A stretch of DNA of 64,000 bases, from the NCBI GenBank assembly GCA_045646625.1, contig JAZRLB010000002.1:4544-68543 (forward strand), written 5' to 3'. This document shows positions 17,261 to 25,701 of the stretch, piece after piece. Source of the DNA: Candidatus Enterousia sp. GTDB lineage: Bacteria; Pseudomonadota; Alphaproteobacteria; Rs-D84. Position numbers and translations under genes: made by a program. The notes below the pieces were generated by a model. It had not been told where the DNA came from. It was given only the letters and a program-made list of their open reading frames with translations, and made no database searches. Position 1 is the first letter of the stretch. Each line of letters begins with the position of its first letter.

Positions 17261-18724
17261 ATGAAACTAGGCAAACATATTTTTGGTGTTGGGGCCATGA
17301 CAGGAATTAGTCGTGTGTTCGGTTTTGTGCGCGATATGCTGATAGCGCGTGTGTTAGGGGCGGGACGATTGTCGGATATATTCTTGGCGGCGTTTAAATT
17401 GCCTAATTTGTTCCGTGATTTATTGGGCGAAGGGGCATTGTCCGCGATATTTATACCAATGTATACAGATTCAAAACGAGACGAATCGTTTGCGCGTAAT
17501 GTGTTCTCGTGGTTGATGTTGGTTTTGCTGGGGATAATTATTTTATTCGAAATATTTATGCCATTGGTTGTGTGGGGGCTGGCGCCTGGGTTTGAAGCAG
17601 TGCCGGGTAAATTGGAAATGACCGTCACTATATCGCGTATAATGTTTGTGTATGTAATTTTTGTGTGTGGTGCGGCGTTTTTGTCGGCGATATTGAATGC
17701 GTTTTCAAAGTTTCTTTTGGCAGCGTTTATGCCGGTGTTGCTGAATATTATGTTGATTGGCGCGCTGTTGTTCGCAATGGCTTTTGGGGCAGAGCATATT
17801 TTATATTTAATGGCGGGTACCGTTGTTTTGTCGGGAATTATACAATTTGCTATTCTGTGGGGCCGTATTAGACGTCGTCATTTTGGACTGCGATTGGTTG
17901 TGCCGCGTTGGACCCCGGGTATAAAGAATATGTTTCAGCGTCTGGGTGTTAGTATAGTAGGAAGTGGTTTCTATCAAATCACAATTATTGTTGGAACTTT
18001 GGTTGCCAGTTTTCAAAGCGGGGCTGTGTCGTGGTTGTATTATTCCGATCGTATTGTGCAGTTGCCATTTGCGATGATTGGGTTGGCGGTGGGGACGGTA
18101 TTGATGTCGTCTATTTCTAATGCGTTGGCGGAAAAAAATATGCGCAGTGTTTATCTTCAGCAAAATTCTTCTATGCGGCGGGCACTGATGTTGATATTGC
18201 CGTGTGTGGTGGGGTTGGTTGTGTTGGCGGAACCGATAATTAAGTTCTTGTTTGAGTATGGCGCTTGGACGGCGGCATCGACACATGCGGTGGCGTTAGC
18301 TATTATGATCCAGGCGTTTGTGCTGCCAGCTATGTTGGTTAGTCAGATATACAGCAAGACACTGTATGCCGCCCAGGATGTGAAAACACCAGTAAAGACC
18401 AGTATGGTGTCGTTGGCGGTGGCGGCAATGTTGTATTTGGCACTGTTCCCGTTTGTAGGATATTTGGCAATACCAATTGGAGTGGTGGTCAGTGGTTATT
18501 TAAAGAATTATTTGCTGGGGCGTGCGTGTCGGCGGCGTTTGTTAATTCATCACGATGGGCATACAGCACGTGCGGTTATAGCGTTTGGGTTGTGGGCGGC
18601 GATATTAGGAATGTTAATGTCCTGTGTTGCAGTTGACAGTATCTGGATGTTAGGTGTGGTAATTGCGGTCTATGGTTTGTTGTATCTGCCCGTGGCGTAT
18701 CTGATAGATCGCAGAATTCGATAA
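17261..18724 (+). CDS. murJ: Lipid II flippase MurJ
   Basis: GISRVFGFVRDMLIARVLGAGRLSDIFLAAFKLPNLFRDLLGEGALSAIFIPMY. The protein is polytopic, with about 14 TM segments. Confidence 0.9.
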   Translation: MKLGKHIFGVGAMTGISRVFGFVRDMLIARVLGAGRLSDIFLAAFKLPNLFRDLLGEGALSAIFIPMYTDSKRDESFARNVFSWLMLVLLGIIILFEIFMPLVVWGLAPGFEAVPGKLEMTVTISRIMFVYVIFVCGAAFLSAILNAFSKFLLAAFMPVLLNIMLIGALLFAMAFGAEHILYLMAGTVVLSGIIQFAILWGRIRRRHFGLRLVVPRWTPGIKNMFQRLGVSIVGSGFYQITIIVGTLVASFQSGAVSWLYYSDRIVQLPFAMIGLAVGTVLMSSISNALAEKNMRSVYLQQNSSMRRALMLILPCVVGLVVLAEPIIKFLFEYGAWTAASTHAVALAIMIQAFVLPAMLVSQIYSKTLYAAQDVKTPVKTSMVSLAVAAMLYLALFPFVGYLAIPIGVVVSGYLKNYLLGRACRRRLLIHHDGHTARAVIAFGLWAAILGMLMSCVAVDSIWMLGVVIAVYGLLYLPVAYLIDRRIR

Positions 18725-18798
18725 ATTAAAATAAATTTGAAACGGCCCCTGATTTATGATAAAATGAAATCATAAAAGAGTGTAAGGAGTCCTTAATC

Positions 18799-19695
18799 AT
18801 GAAAAAAATAGTTTCTTTGGCGGTTTTGACTGCTGTGTTGGCAGGCTGTGCTGATTTAAGCACAGTTGGTAATAATACAAGTTATGGTGACGGCTTTGGC
18901 GAAGAACCTTTGGCGGCGGCACCGACACAAAGTTTGAATGATGCGTATTTGTTGGCGGCGGCACCAAAATATTATATTGGTACAGCGTATAAGGTTGATG
19001 ATGTCCAGTATATCCCAGTCGAAGATATGACTTATAATCAGACAGGGATCGCAGGTGTTATTCCAACAGAATTAAATGGTACAAAAACAAGCAATGGTGA
19101 AGTGTTTGATGTTAATCAGATGGTCGCAACCAGCAAGACGTTGCCTTTGCCAACGATTGCGCGTGTGACGAATCTGGATAACGGTCAGTCGGTTGTTGTT
19201 CGCATTAATAATCGTGGACCATTTGTAAATACTCGTTTGATGGACTTGTCACCGGCAGCTGCCCAGAAAATCGGTTTGAATGGCCAGGGTAAAGTTCAAA
19301 TCCAGGTTTTGGCTGAACAGTCGATGGCTGTAAAAAATGCAACATTGGGTACAACGGCACCAGTGGTTGCAGAAACATCAGTCGCGGTTGTAGAACCGCA
19401 GCCTGTTGTGCAGCCTGTTCAGGTTGCGGAACCAGTGGCGGCGGCGCCGACAGGTGGGGAATATTCGGTACAGGTTGCCGCGTTTTATGCCCAGGATAGT
19501 GCAGATGCACTAGCACGTCGTATGAAAACATATGGTGATGCGGTTGTTGTAAACGAAGGCGATATGTTCAAAGTTCGTATCGTAAATCTGGATGCGGGTC
19601 AGGCACGTGGTGTGATTGATGCGCTGCGTAATAATGAAGGTATGGCACCAGGTTTGTTAAAGGATGGACGTTGGGTGAATGCCGACAGTATCTAA
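18799..19695 (+). CDS. rlpA: Septal ring lytic transglycosylase RlpA family lipoprotein (DPBB + SPOR)
   Basis: Lipobox LAGCAD. DPBB domain: SNGEVFDVNQMVATSKTLPLPTIARVTNLDNGQSVVVRINNRGPF. C-terminal SPOR-like segment: YSVQVAAFYAQDSADALARRM. Confidence 0.85.
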   Translation: MKKIVSLAVLTAVLAGCADLSTVGNNTSYGDGFGEEPLAAAPTQSLNDAYLLAAAPKYYIGTAYKVDDVQYIPVEDMTYNQTGIAGVIPTELNGTKTSNGEVFDVNQMVATSKTLPLPTIARVTNLDNGQSVVVRINNRGPFVNTRLMDLSPAAAQKIGLNGQGKVQIQVLAEQSMAVKNATLGTTAPVVAETSVAVVEPQPVVQPVQVAEPVAAAPTGGEYSVQVAAFYAQDSADALARRMKTYGDAVVVNEGDMFKVRIVNLDAGQARGVIDALRNNEGMAPGLLKDGRWVNADSI

Positions 19696-19722
19696 AAAAA
19701 TCCCCGAAAAGGGGATTTTTTT
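19694..19722. terminator. Bidirectional rho-independent terminator
   Basis: aaaaaaatcccc-gaaaa-ggggattttttt. Confidence 0.7.
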
Positions 19723-20011
19723 ATTTCTTGGTTGCAACACGTTCGCGGAATTCGTTGCTGGGGCGGAATGTTGCCACACGGCGTGCAGATATAATTGCGC
19801 TTTCGCCTGTTTTTGGGTTGCGACCCATACGTGCGTTCTTTTCTAATATTTTAAAGCTGCCGAAACCTGCGAATTTAACTTCTTCGCCATTGATTAGGGC
19901 GTCGCGAATTTCATCGAATACGATGTCTATCATTTTATATGCGTCTGCAGTGGTTAAACCAAAACGTTCGCGCAGTCTGTTTGCAAAGTCACTTCTTGTT
20001 ATTGTTGTCAT
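19721..20011 (-). CDS. ihfA: Integration host factor subunit alpha (HU/IHF family)
   Basis: GFGSFKILEKNARMGRNPKTGESAIISARRVATFRPSNEFRERV. Confidence 0.8.
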   Translation of the reverse strand: MTTITRSDFANRLRERFGLTTADAYKMIDIVFDEIRDALINGEEVKFAGFGSFKILEKNARMGRNPKTGESAIISARRVATFRPSNEFRERVATKK

Positions 20012-20037
20012 TTTTTCTACCTCTACTTTTTTATTTC

Positions 20038-20976
20038 TTAAACTCTTATTAGTGCTGCACCCCAGGTCAGGCCACTGCCAAACGCTGGGTATAAAATTAA
20101 TTGCCCGTGCTTTATAATATCATTATCAAATGCATATGCTAATGCTAAAACGCCGGATGCACCGCTGGTGTTTGCGTGTTTGTCCACGGTCACTAAAATT
20201 TTATCCATCGGGAAATCCAGGCGTTGGGCGCAACTGTTGATTATGCGCAGGTTTGCCTGGTGTGGGATAATCCAATCTACGTTTTCAGATGTAATGCCTG
20301 CGTGATTCATAATATATCGTGCGGCATCAGGCATACACTGAACGGCCTTTTTATATGTTTCTGGGCCATTCATTTCAATTTTGTGATCGTTTGTGCCGTG
20401 CAGACATTCAAAATCACGCCCGTCAGCCATAACGACGGTGTCGATTATTCCAGAATAGCTGGAGGAAGAATGCTCGAATATCAGTGCGCCCGCGCCATCG
20501 CCAAACAGTACGGCCGTCGAGCGGTCCGTCATATCGACAAAGCGGGTCATTTTTTCCGCGCCAATAATCATAATACGTTTGTGGATGCCGGCGGTAAAGA
20601 ACGCGCGTGCGCAGTGCAGGGCGTAAATATAGCCTGTGCAGGCGCCGCGAACGTCAAATGCAGGTATCCCAGTCGATGCCCCCAGGCGCCCCAATACCTG
20701 GACGCCGACCGATGGAAAGTCCAGTTCAGGTGTTGTTGTTGCGACGATAACCAAATCTAAATCATCGATTGTTAATCTTGCATTTTTCAGTGCACATTCA
20801 GCAGCGATTGTCGCCATATCAACAACGGTTTCGTCGGATGCAGCAAAGTGGCGTTCGCGAATGCCAGTGCGTGTTGTAATCCATTCGTCGGTTGTGTTCA
20901 TAATACGTTCAAAGTCCGCGTTGGTCATAACGCGGCTGGGTAGGTATGAACCGTATCCGATAAGTTTGCTGCCCAT
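20038..20976 (-). CDS. fabH: 3-oxoacyl-ACP synthase III
   Basis: The start was set at MGSKLIGYGSYLPSRVMTNADFE. Active-site context ACTGYIYAL, plus IPHQANLRII and HANTSGAS. Confidence 0.9.
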   Translation of the reverse strand: MGSKLIGYGSYLPSRVMTNADFERIMNTTDEWITTRTGIRERHFAASDETVVDMATIAAECALKNARLTIDDLDLVIVATTTPELDFPSVGVQVLGRLGASTGIPAFDVRGACTGYIYALHCARAFFTAGIHKRIMIIGAEKMTRFVDMTDRSTAVLFGDGAGALIFEHSSSSYSGIIDTVVMADGRDFECLHGTNDHKIEMNGPETYKKAVQCMPDAARYIMNHAGITSENVDWIIPHQANLRIINSCAQRLDFPMDKILVTVDKHANTSGASGVLALAYAFDNDIIKHGQLILYPAFGSGLTWGAALIRV

Positions 20977-21061
20977 ATGATGATATCCTGAATTTTGCCA
21001 ATGCATTATACAGTTGAGAATGCGGGGGTGCAATATTTTTTAACAGGAATATAAATTTTAT

Positions 21062-21086
21062 AGAAAAACAGGGATTAATCCCTGTT
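21062..21086 (-). terminator. Rho-independent terminator of the 559-aa ORFan
   Basis: aacaggga-ttaa-tccctgtt followed by a T-run on the minus strand. Confidence 0.6.
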
Positions 21087-21090
21087 GCAA

Positions 21091-22770
21091 TTATTTTTGT
21101 TTGTTTAGCGCATGTTGCATTTGTTTTAATTCATTGTTCATAGCCTGTATTCTTTGCAATGCGTGTTCGCATTCTTGTTTCTGCAGCAGAACAGATGTCA
21201 GGTTTTGTGCGGTATTAAGCAAAGCCTCTGTTTGTGTTTCTTGTGTTAATTGAAAGGTTAATTTTGCCTGTGTCATATTTAATGTATTAAGGCGTTCTTG
21301 GTATTTTGTATTTAGTGAGTACAGTTGTGACCATTTTTGTGTTTTTAAGGCATCCGTATTGGACGCTTTGGTGTTGTGGGTAGATTCTGTGTTGGTGGTG
21401 GTTGTTTGCTCTGGGGCAGTGTCTGATGGAGCGGATTTGCCACCAGTCAGTTCGTCAATTAAGTCTGGAATATACAGATATTCTGATAGGTCAATTTTTG
21501 ACACATCGATATTTAATGCACGAAAATATTCATTGTATTCAGTGCTGTTGTGACTGGAAAAGAATTTTTGGCATATAAAATATCGGCCTGATACGCCCCA
21601 TACGATTCGTGAACGATTGTCTAATTGTCCAAAGCCCTGGCACAGACAGCGTGCATGTTTAAATTTTATGGTTGCAGATACCTTTAATTCATTGTCTTGA
21701 ATATAAAGAACCTGTTGGCCCTGACTGTCAGTTGGGTTAACGTTTATCACGTTAATATCATTTAATATTCTTAATAGATCCGTTGTGTTGTCTTTGCATT
21801 TTGTTTTTATGTCGCGGTATGCCTGGGGGGAAATGTATTTTTCTATTTTGGTTTCGATAATTTCATTTTGGCCAACAAAATATCTTTTGGGCGCAATATT
21901 TATGGTTTGTGATGGTTTTGCTGTTGTGATGGTTTTTGATGTTGTTTTTTCTTTTGTTTTTACGTGTGCGGCAATGTGTTCCAAAATAAATTTAATTATA
22001 TGCGAAGTTTCGCTGATATGAATGCAGGAAATTTTGGCGCCATCTGCACGTAATAGTTTTTGTGTTTTAATTTTAAGGCTGGATTTTGTTGAGCGAGCCA
22101 TTTGAATATATCGAAGAATTTGCTTGTGCGGTAAAGAAGAAATTTCTGGGGATTGTGCAGTGATGTGTTCCGCCATTTCGTCGGTCGAAAGCCATTCTGC
22201 TGTCTTTTGTTTTATGTCGTTTTTTTTTGTCGATTGCTGTTCTTTTTTGGGGGTGGTCGCTTGTTTTTCGGTTATTTTATCGATTGATGTTAATATTTCT
22301 GATAGAACTTGCTTTGTGTCAGTGACAATGATATTTGGGTATTTTTCCGCAAAACGTCTGGCAATCGACAGGGCGGCCCCTTTGTTGTTTTTTATATTGT
22401 TCAAGATTGCAGGACGCACAATAATACAGGGCTTGGATAATGTTAAAAAATCTTTTGGCAACAGGTTGATTAGTATTTCTAAATCACTGATTGAATGTTT
22501 GCAAATCAGTGTGTCGAAGCATTCGGGTAAAACTGTGTCGGGCGTGATTGTGAAATTGGAGCAATCAAAAGAACCAAAAATTTTTACATTCTTAAAATTT
22601 GGCCAAGCACGATTTTTGCTTTTGCCCATATCTACATCATTTAATATCCACAGTGGGCTTTGTTCATTAAATTCATTGTATGGCAGCTCGAATAAATCTA
22701 TATCAAATATTATTGTTAGTTCATCGTTTTTTTCATATCCAGCTGTGTATAGATTGTTTTTCTTTGCCAT
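21091..22770 (-). CDS. Hypothetical protein (559 aa), Lys-rich ORFan with C-terminal coiled coil
   Basis: The start was set at MAKKNNLYTAGYEK. I recognise no family. The gene is strongly AT-rich. The C-terminus is heptad-like: QERLNTLNMTQAKLTFQLTQETQTEALLNTAQNL...LQRIQAMNNELKQMQHALNKQK. Confidence 0.55.
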   Translation of the reverse strand: MAKKNNLYTAGYEKNDELTIIFDIDLFELPYNEFNEQSPLWILNDVDMGKSKNRAWPNFKNVKIFGSFDCSNFTITPDTVLPECFDTLICKHSISDLEILINLLPKDFLTLSKPCIIVRPAILNNIKNNKGAALSIARRFAEKYPNIIVTDTKQVLSEILTSIDKITEKQATTPKKEQQSTKKNDIKQKTAEWLSTDEMAEHITAQSPEISSLPHKQILRYIQMARSTKSSLKIKTQKLLRADGAKISCIHISETSHIIKFILEHIAAHVKTKEKTTSKTITTAKPSQTINIAPKRYFVGQNEIIETKIEKYISPQAYRDIKTKCKDNTTDLLRILNDINVINVNPTDSQGQQVLYIQDNELKVSATIKFKHARCLCQGFGQLDNRSRIVWGVSGRYFICQKFFSSHNSTEYNEYFRALNIDVSKIDLSEYLYIPDLIDELTGGKSAPSDTAPEQTTTTNTESTHNTKASNTDALKTQKWSQLYSLNTKYQERLNTLNMTQAKLTFQLTQETQTEALLNTAQNLTSVLLQKQECEHALQRIQAMNNELKQMQHALNKQK

Positions 22771-22891
22771 TTTTTTTGTTCCCTTGAATGTGTTTTGTTT
22801 ATTAATGTAGCACAATTTTGTTGTTTGTCAACGGGGAGGTGGAATAAAAGCATTGAATTTTAAAGTGAATTGTATTATTATTAGTGACCTG

Positions 22892-22967
22892 GTCCCCATA
22901 GTTCAACAGGATAGAACAAATTCCTCCTAAGAATTAGATGCAGGTTCGAGCCCTGCTGGGGATGCCA
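22892..22967 (+). tRNA. tRNA-Arg (anticodon CCU)
   Basis: GTCCCCATAGTTCAACAGGATAGAACAAATTC-CTCCTAA-GAATTAGATGCAGGTTCGAGCCCTGCTGGGGATGCCA. Confidence 0.9.
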
Positions 22968-22972
22968 ACGCT

Positions 22973-23935
22973 TTATCTTGTTCGGTTTTTGGTGTATAAT
23001 ACGATGTCGTATTTGTCTTGTTTGTTGGCTGCATCGATTGCCCGGGCGCCCAGTTTTGTGGGAAAAGAATATTGCGATTCAAAATATTGTATGAAATTTA
23101 TCCAGGCGTTCTGGAATCTGTTGCCCCAATTGTAATGAAAATAGATACGGCCATTTGGATTAAGGTTATTTGCTGATAATGGTGATAGAATATGCAAGTG
23201 TGTCAAACGGATTTTTTCGGATGTGTCTTTGGCCTGGTGAAAAATATAGTCAAAAATATTAGATAACAGTATTAAATCATATTTTTCAAAAAAGTTTGCG
23301 TATAATTTTGGTGCAGGTATATGTGATAGTTTGGATTTTTTATCCAGGTAATTAATTCCATAACGTTGTACGTAGTATTGTGTGCAACGATAGGCTGTGG
23401 AAATGTCGCAATGCTTAAATGGTATGGCGTGTGGCAATTTGTCGGATAGGTTATTATAGTTTTGTTCGCAGGATATGTATTGCAGTCTTTTTGTGTTGTA
23501 ATCAGCAGAACAGGGTTTCATATATTTAAAATTCTGTCTGACGTTATCTGTGCTGGAACATATTGACATAAAATTTCTAAGGTTTGCAGAAAAAAGATTT
23601 GTGACCGGGGCTAGGATTTTTTGATTAAAAAAATCTTTTTTGTCGAAAAAAAAGTTCATAAAGTCGCTGTATGGCAGGTGCTTTATCATATGTGTTTTCA
23701 GTTCTATTACATTTTTTTGAAAGCTGTTTATATCAAATGTGTCAACGTGTGATGCGCCTGCAAGATATGATTCAAATGCATGGTCGCCTGATGATGCGAC
23801 CGTCAGGATGCGTTTGCCAGATATATTGCCCATAGTTGCAAGTACGCCAGAAATGTTTTCGTTTGTAAATAAATATACGGGCAGGCCGTCTTGGAATGAC
23901 GAGTGTATAAAATTAGTGTTTGATTCTGTTGACAT
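22973..23935 (-). CDS. DUF3419 / BtaA-like SAM-dependent methyltransferase-fold protein
   Basis: GKRILTVASSGDHAFESYLAGASHVDTFDINSFQKNVIELKTHMIKHLPYSDFMNFF matches the I-x-SaG-N-x-YL...V-x-vD-x-N-x-Q...eLK pattern of DUF3419. This is from memory; no HMM was run. Confidence 0.6.
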   Translation of the reverse strand: MSTESNTNFIHSSFQDGLPVYLFTNENISGVLATMGNISGKRILTVASSGDHAFESYLAGASHVDTFDINSFQKNVIELKTHMIKHLPYSDFMNFFFDKKDFFNQKILAPVTNLFSANLRNFMSICSSTDNVRQNFKYMKPCSADYNTKRLQYISCEQNYNNLSDKLPHAIPFKHCDISTAYRCTQYYVQRYGINYLDKKSKLSHIPAPKLYANFFEKYDLILLSNIFDYIFHQAKDTSEKIRLTHLHILSPLSANNLNPNGRIYFHYNWGNRFQNAWINFIQYFESQYSFPTKLGARAIDAANKQDKYDIVLYTKNRTR

Positions 23936-24016
23936 AGTGTTATTTATAGCACAGAAAAAAATAGTGTCAATGTTTTGTTATAAAACTAAACGCCCCAGAT
24001 GGGGCGTTTGTATTTG

Positions 24017-24093
24017 TGGTGGATGTGATTGGACTCGAACCAACGACCTCTTCGATGTGAACGAAGCGCTCTAACCAACTGAGCTACACATCC
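24017..24093 (-). tRNA. tRNA-Val (anticodon CAC)
   Basis: GGATGTGTAGCTCAGTTGGTTAGAGCGCTTCG-TTCACAT-CGAAGAGGTCGTTGGTTCGAGTCCAATCACATCCACCA. Confidence 0.9.
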
Positions 24094-24172
24094 AAAATGT
24101 GAGTGTATTATACATGTAAAGGGGTGTTGTTTTCAAGTTATTTATTTGTTTTTTTTGTTAATGTGTTGTAAA

Positions 24173-25234
24173 ATGAAAGGTATGATAAAGCGGCGTTTTG
24201 TATATGTTATTTCTATTGTATTGTTGTGTGGTGGGGCGTTTGCCGCTGAATCATTGCTCCGGCCTGCAAGTTTTCCAACTGTATCGCAGGACTATTCTTT
24301 CGTGCAGCGAATGAAAAGTGAGGCCGAGGGCTATGAACCATATGCCGGGTTGAGTGCGTATCAGATTGCTGAATTTGAATCCATGGAGGATTATGCCCAA
24401 CGTGCGATAGAGGCAGAGTTAAGGGCAGCGGGTATTGAAGTTTGCGATGGGTGTGATGAAAACGGCAATCCGCCTGTCCAAGATGGTAGTACAGCGGTTG
24501 CGTTGCCACAGACACCGGTACAAATCACTGCACAAACAAATACGCAGACACCAGCACAGTCAAATACGTCCACAACGAACTCGTCAAAGCAGCCGTCTGT
24601 ATCTGTCGGTGGGGTGCAGGGGTATTGTAGCCGTAAAAATCCTAATATTCCAGTTGGGCAAACGATACCGTTTGGGCTGCCTGTTAATACGGCGGATTTA
24701 TCACCAAATATATCTAGTCGTGCCAAAAGTATTGCGAGAAATACAGATAAGGGATTGTTTTGTTCGCCATATGGTTGTGGGCGTGGACGACCACATGAAG
24801 GTATTGATATTGGTTGTGATGCCGCCTTTTATCAAATGCCAATTTACACAACTGCGGATGGAGTTGTTGATCATATTGTTTATGCTGGAAAAAATGCGTC
24901 TGCGGGTAATTATATTAGAATAAATCATGGTAATGGCTGGATTACACAGTATATGCATCTGGATAAAATGTTTGTGTCCAAAGGGCAACGTGTAGAGGCG
25001 GGGTGTTTGATTGGGTTGATGGGGCATACGGGTGGTAATCGTGATCAGAAGGTTCGTGGTATGAGTGTGGATTTGACGCATTTGCATTATGAAGTAGTGT
25101 ATTCGGGCAAGGCGTCTTATGTTCAGGCGCCTAATGGGAAACGCATATCTATTGTGCGTGGTGATAAAAAGTTGGGGGCATGTGGGAACTTTAAAAGCAA
25201 GATTTTACCGAATGAAATAATGGTATATAAATAA
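24173..25234 (+). CDS. M23 family metallopeptidase (peptidoglycan DD-endopeptidase-like)
   Basis: RPHEGIDIG...GNYIRINHGNGWITQYMHLDKMFVSKGQRVEAGCLIGLMGHTG...THLHYEV, with an N-terminal signal. The start could instead be the ATG at 24182. Confidence 0.85.
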   Translation: MKGMIKRRFVYVISIVLLCGGAFAAESLLRPASFPTVSQDYSFVQRMKSEAEGYEPYAGLSAYQIAEFESMEDYAQRAIEAELRAAGIEVCDGCDENGNPPVQDGSTAVALPQTPVQITAQTNTQTPAQSNTSTTNSSKQPSVSVGGVQGYCSRKNPNIPVGQTIPFGLPVNTADLSPNISSRAKSIARNTDKGLFCSPYGCGRGRPHEGIDIGCDAAFYQMPIYTTADGVVDHIVYAGKNASAGNYIRINHGNGWITQYMHLDKMFVSKGQRVEAGCLIGLMGHTGGNRDQKVRGMSVDLTHLHYEVVYSGKASYVQAPNGKRISIVRGDKKLGACGNFKSKILPNEIMVYK

Positions 25235-25262
25235 AAAAACAGCCGATTTTGGCTGTTTTTTA
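25234..25262 (+). terminator. Rho-independent terminator
   Basis: aaaaaacagcc-gatttt-ggctgtttttt. Confidence 0.7.
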
Positions 25263-25266
25263 TTGG

Positions 25267-25353
25267 TGGTGGGGATAGTGGGACTTGAACCCACACGGTC
25301 GCAATGACCAAAGGATTTTAAGTCCTCAGCGTCTACCATTCCGCCATATCCCC
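25267..25353 (-). tRNA. tRNA-Leu (anticodon UAA)
   Basis: GGGGATATGGCGGAATGGTAGACGCTGAGGA-CTTAAAA-TCCTTTGGTCATTGCGACCGTGTGGGTTCAAGTCCCACTATCCCCACCA. Confidence 0.9.
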
Positions 25354-25398
25354 GAAGACTTTTTAATAAAGCCGCAATTGTGCGGCGTTGTGTAATTT

Positions 25399-25474
25399 TG
25401 GTGGAGCTGATGGGACTCAAACCCACGACCTCTACGATGCGAACGTAGCGCTCTATCAACTGAGCTACAACCCC
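25399..25474 (-). tRNA. tRNA-Ala (anticodon CGC)
   Basis: GGGGTTGTAGCTCAGTTGATAGAGCGCTACG-TTCGCAT-CGTAGAGGTCGTGGGTTTGAGTCCCATCAGCTCCACCA. The G3:U70 pair is present. Confidence 0.9.
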
Positions 25475-25479
25475 AAAAC

Positions 25480-25566
25480 TGGTGCGGATAAGAAGACTCG
25501 AACTTCCAAGGTATTGCTACCACTAGTACCTGAAACTAGCGCGTCTACCAATTCCGCCATATCCGC
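25480..25566 (-). tRNA. tRNA-Leu (anticodon CAG)
   Basis: GCGGATATGGCGGAATTGGTAGACGCGCTAGT-TTCAGGT-ACTAGTGGTAGCAATACCTTGGAAGTTCGAGTCTTCTTATCCGCACCA. Confidence 0.9.
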
Positions 25567-25701
25567 AGGCGACAAGTATCTTATATCAAATTTCGAATCT
25601 TTGCAACAAGAAAAATTCTTTTTTTGAATATATTGTTTGTTTGGGGGGTGTATTATTCACTTGCGCGGGAATTTGTAAATTTGCTAAACTTTTTATCAGA
25701 G

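Noticed and set aside
22124-22810. 228-aa plus-strand ORF
   Set aside because: It is antisense to the 559-aa ORFan. The minus-strand frame is far longer and has a proper RBS, start and terminator. The call remains less certain than for motif-bearing genes.
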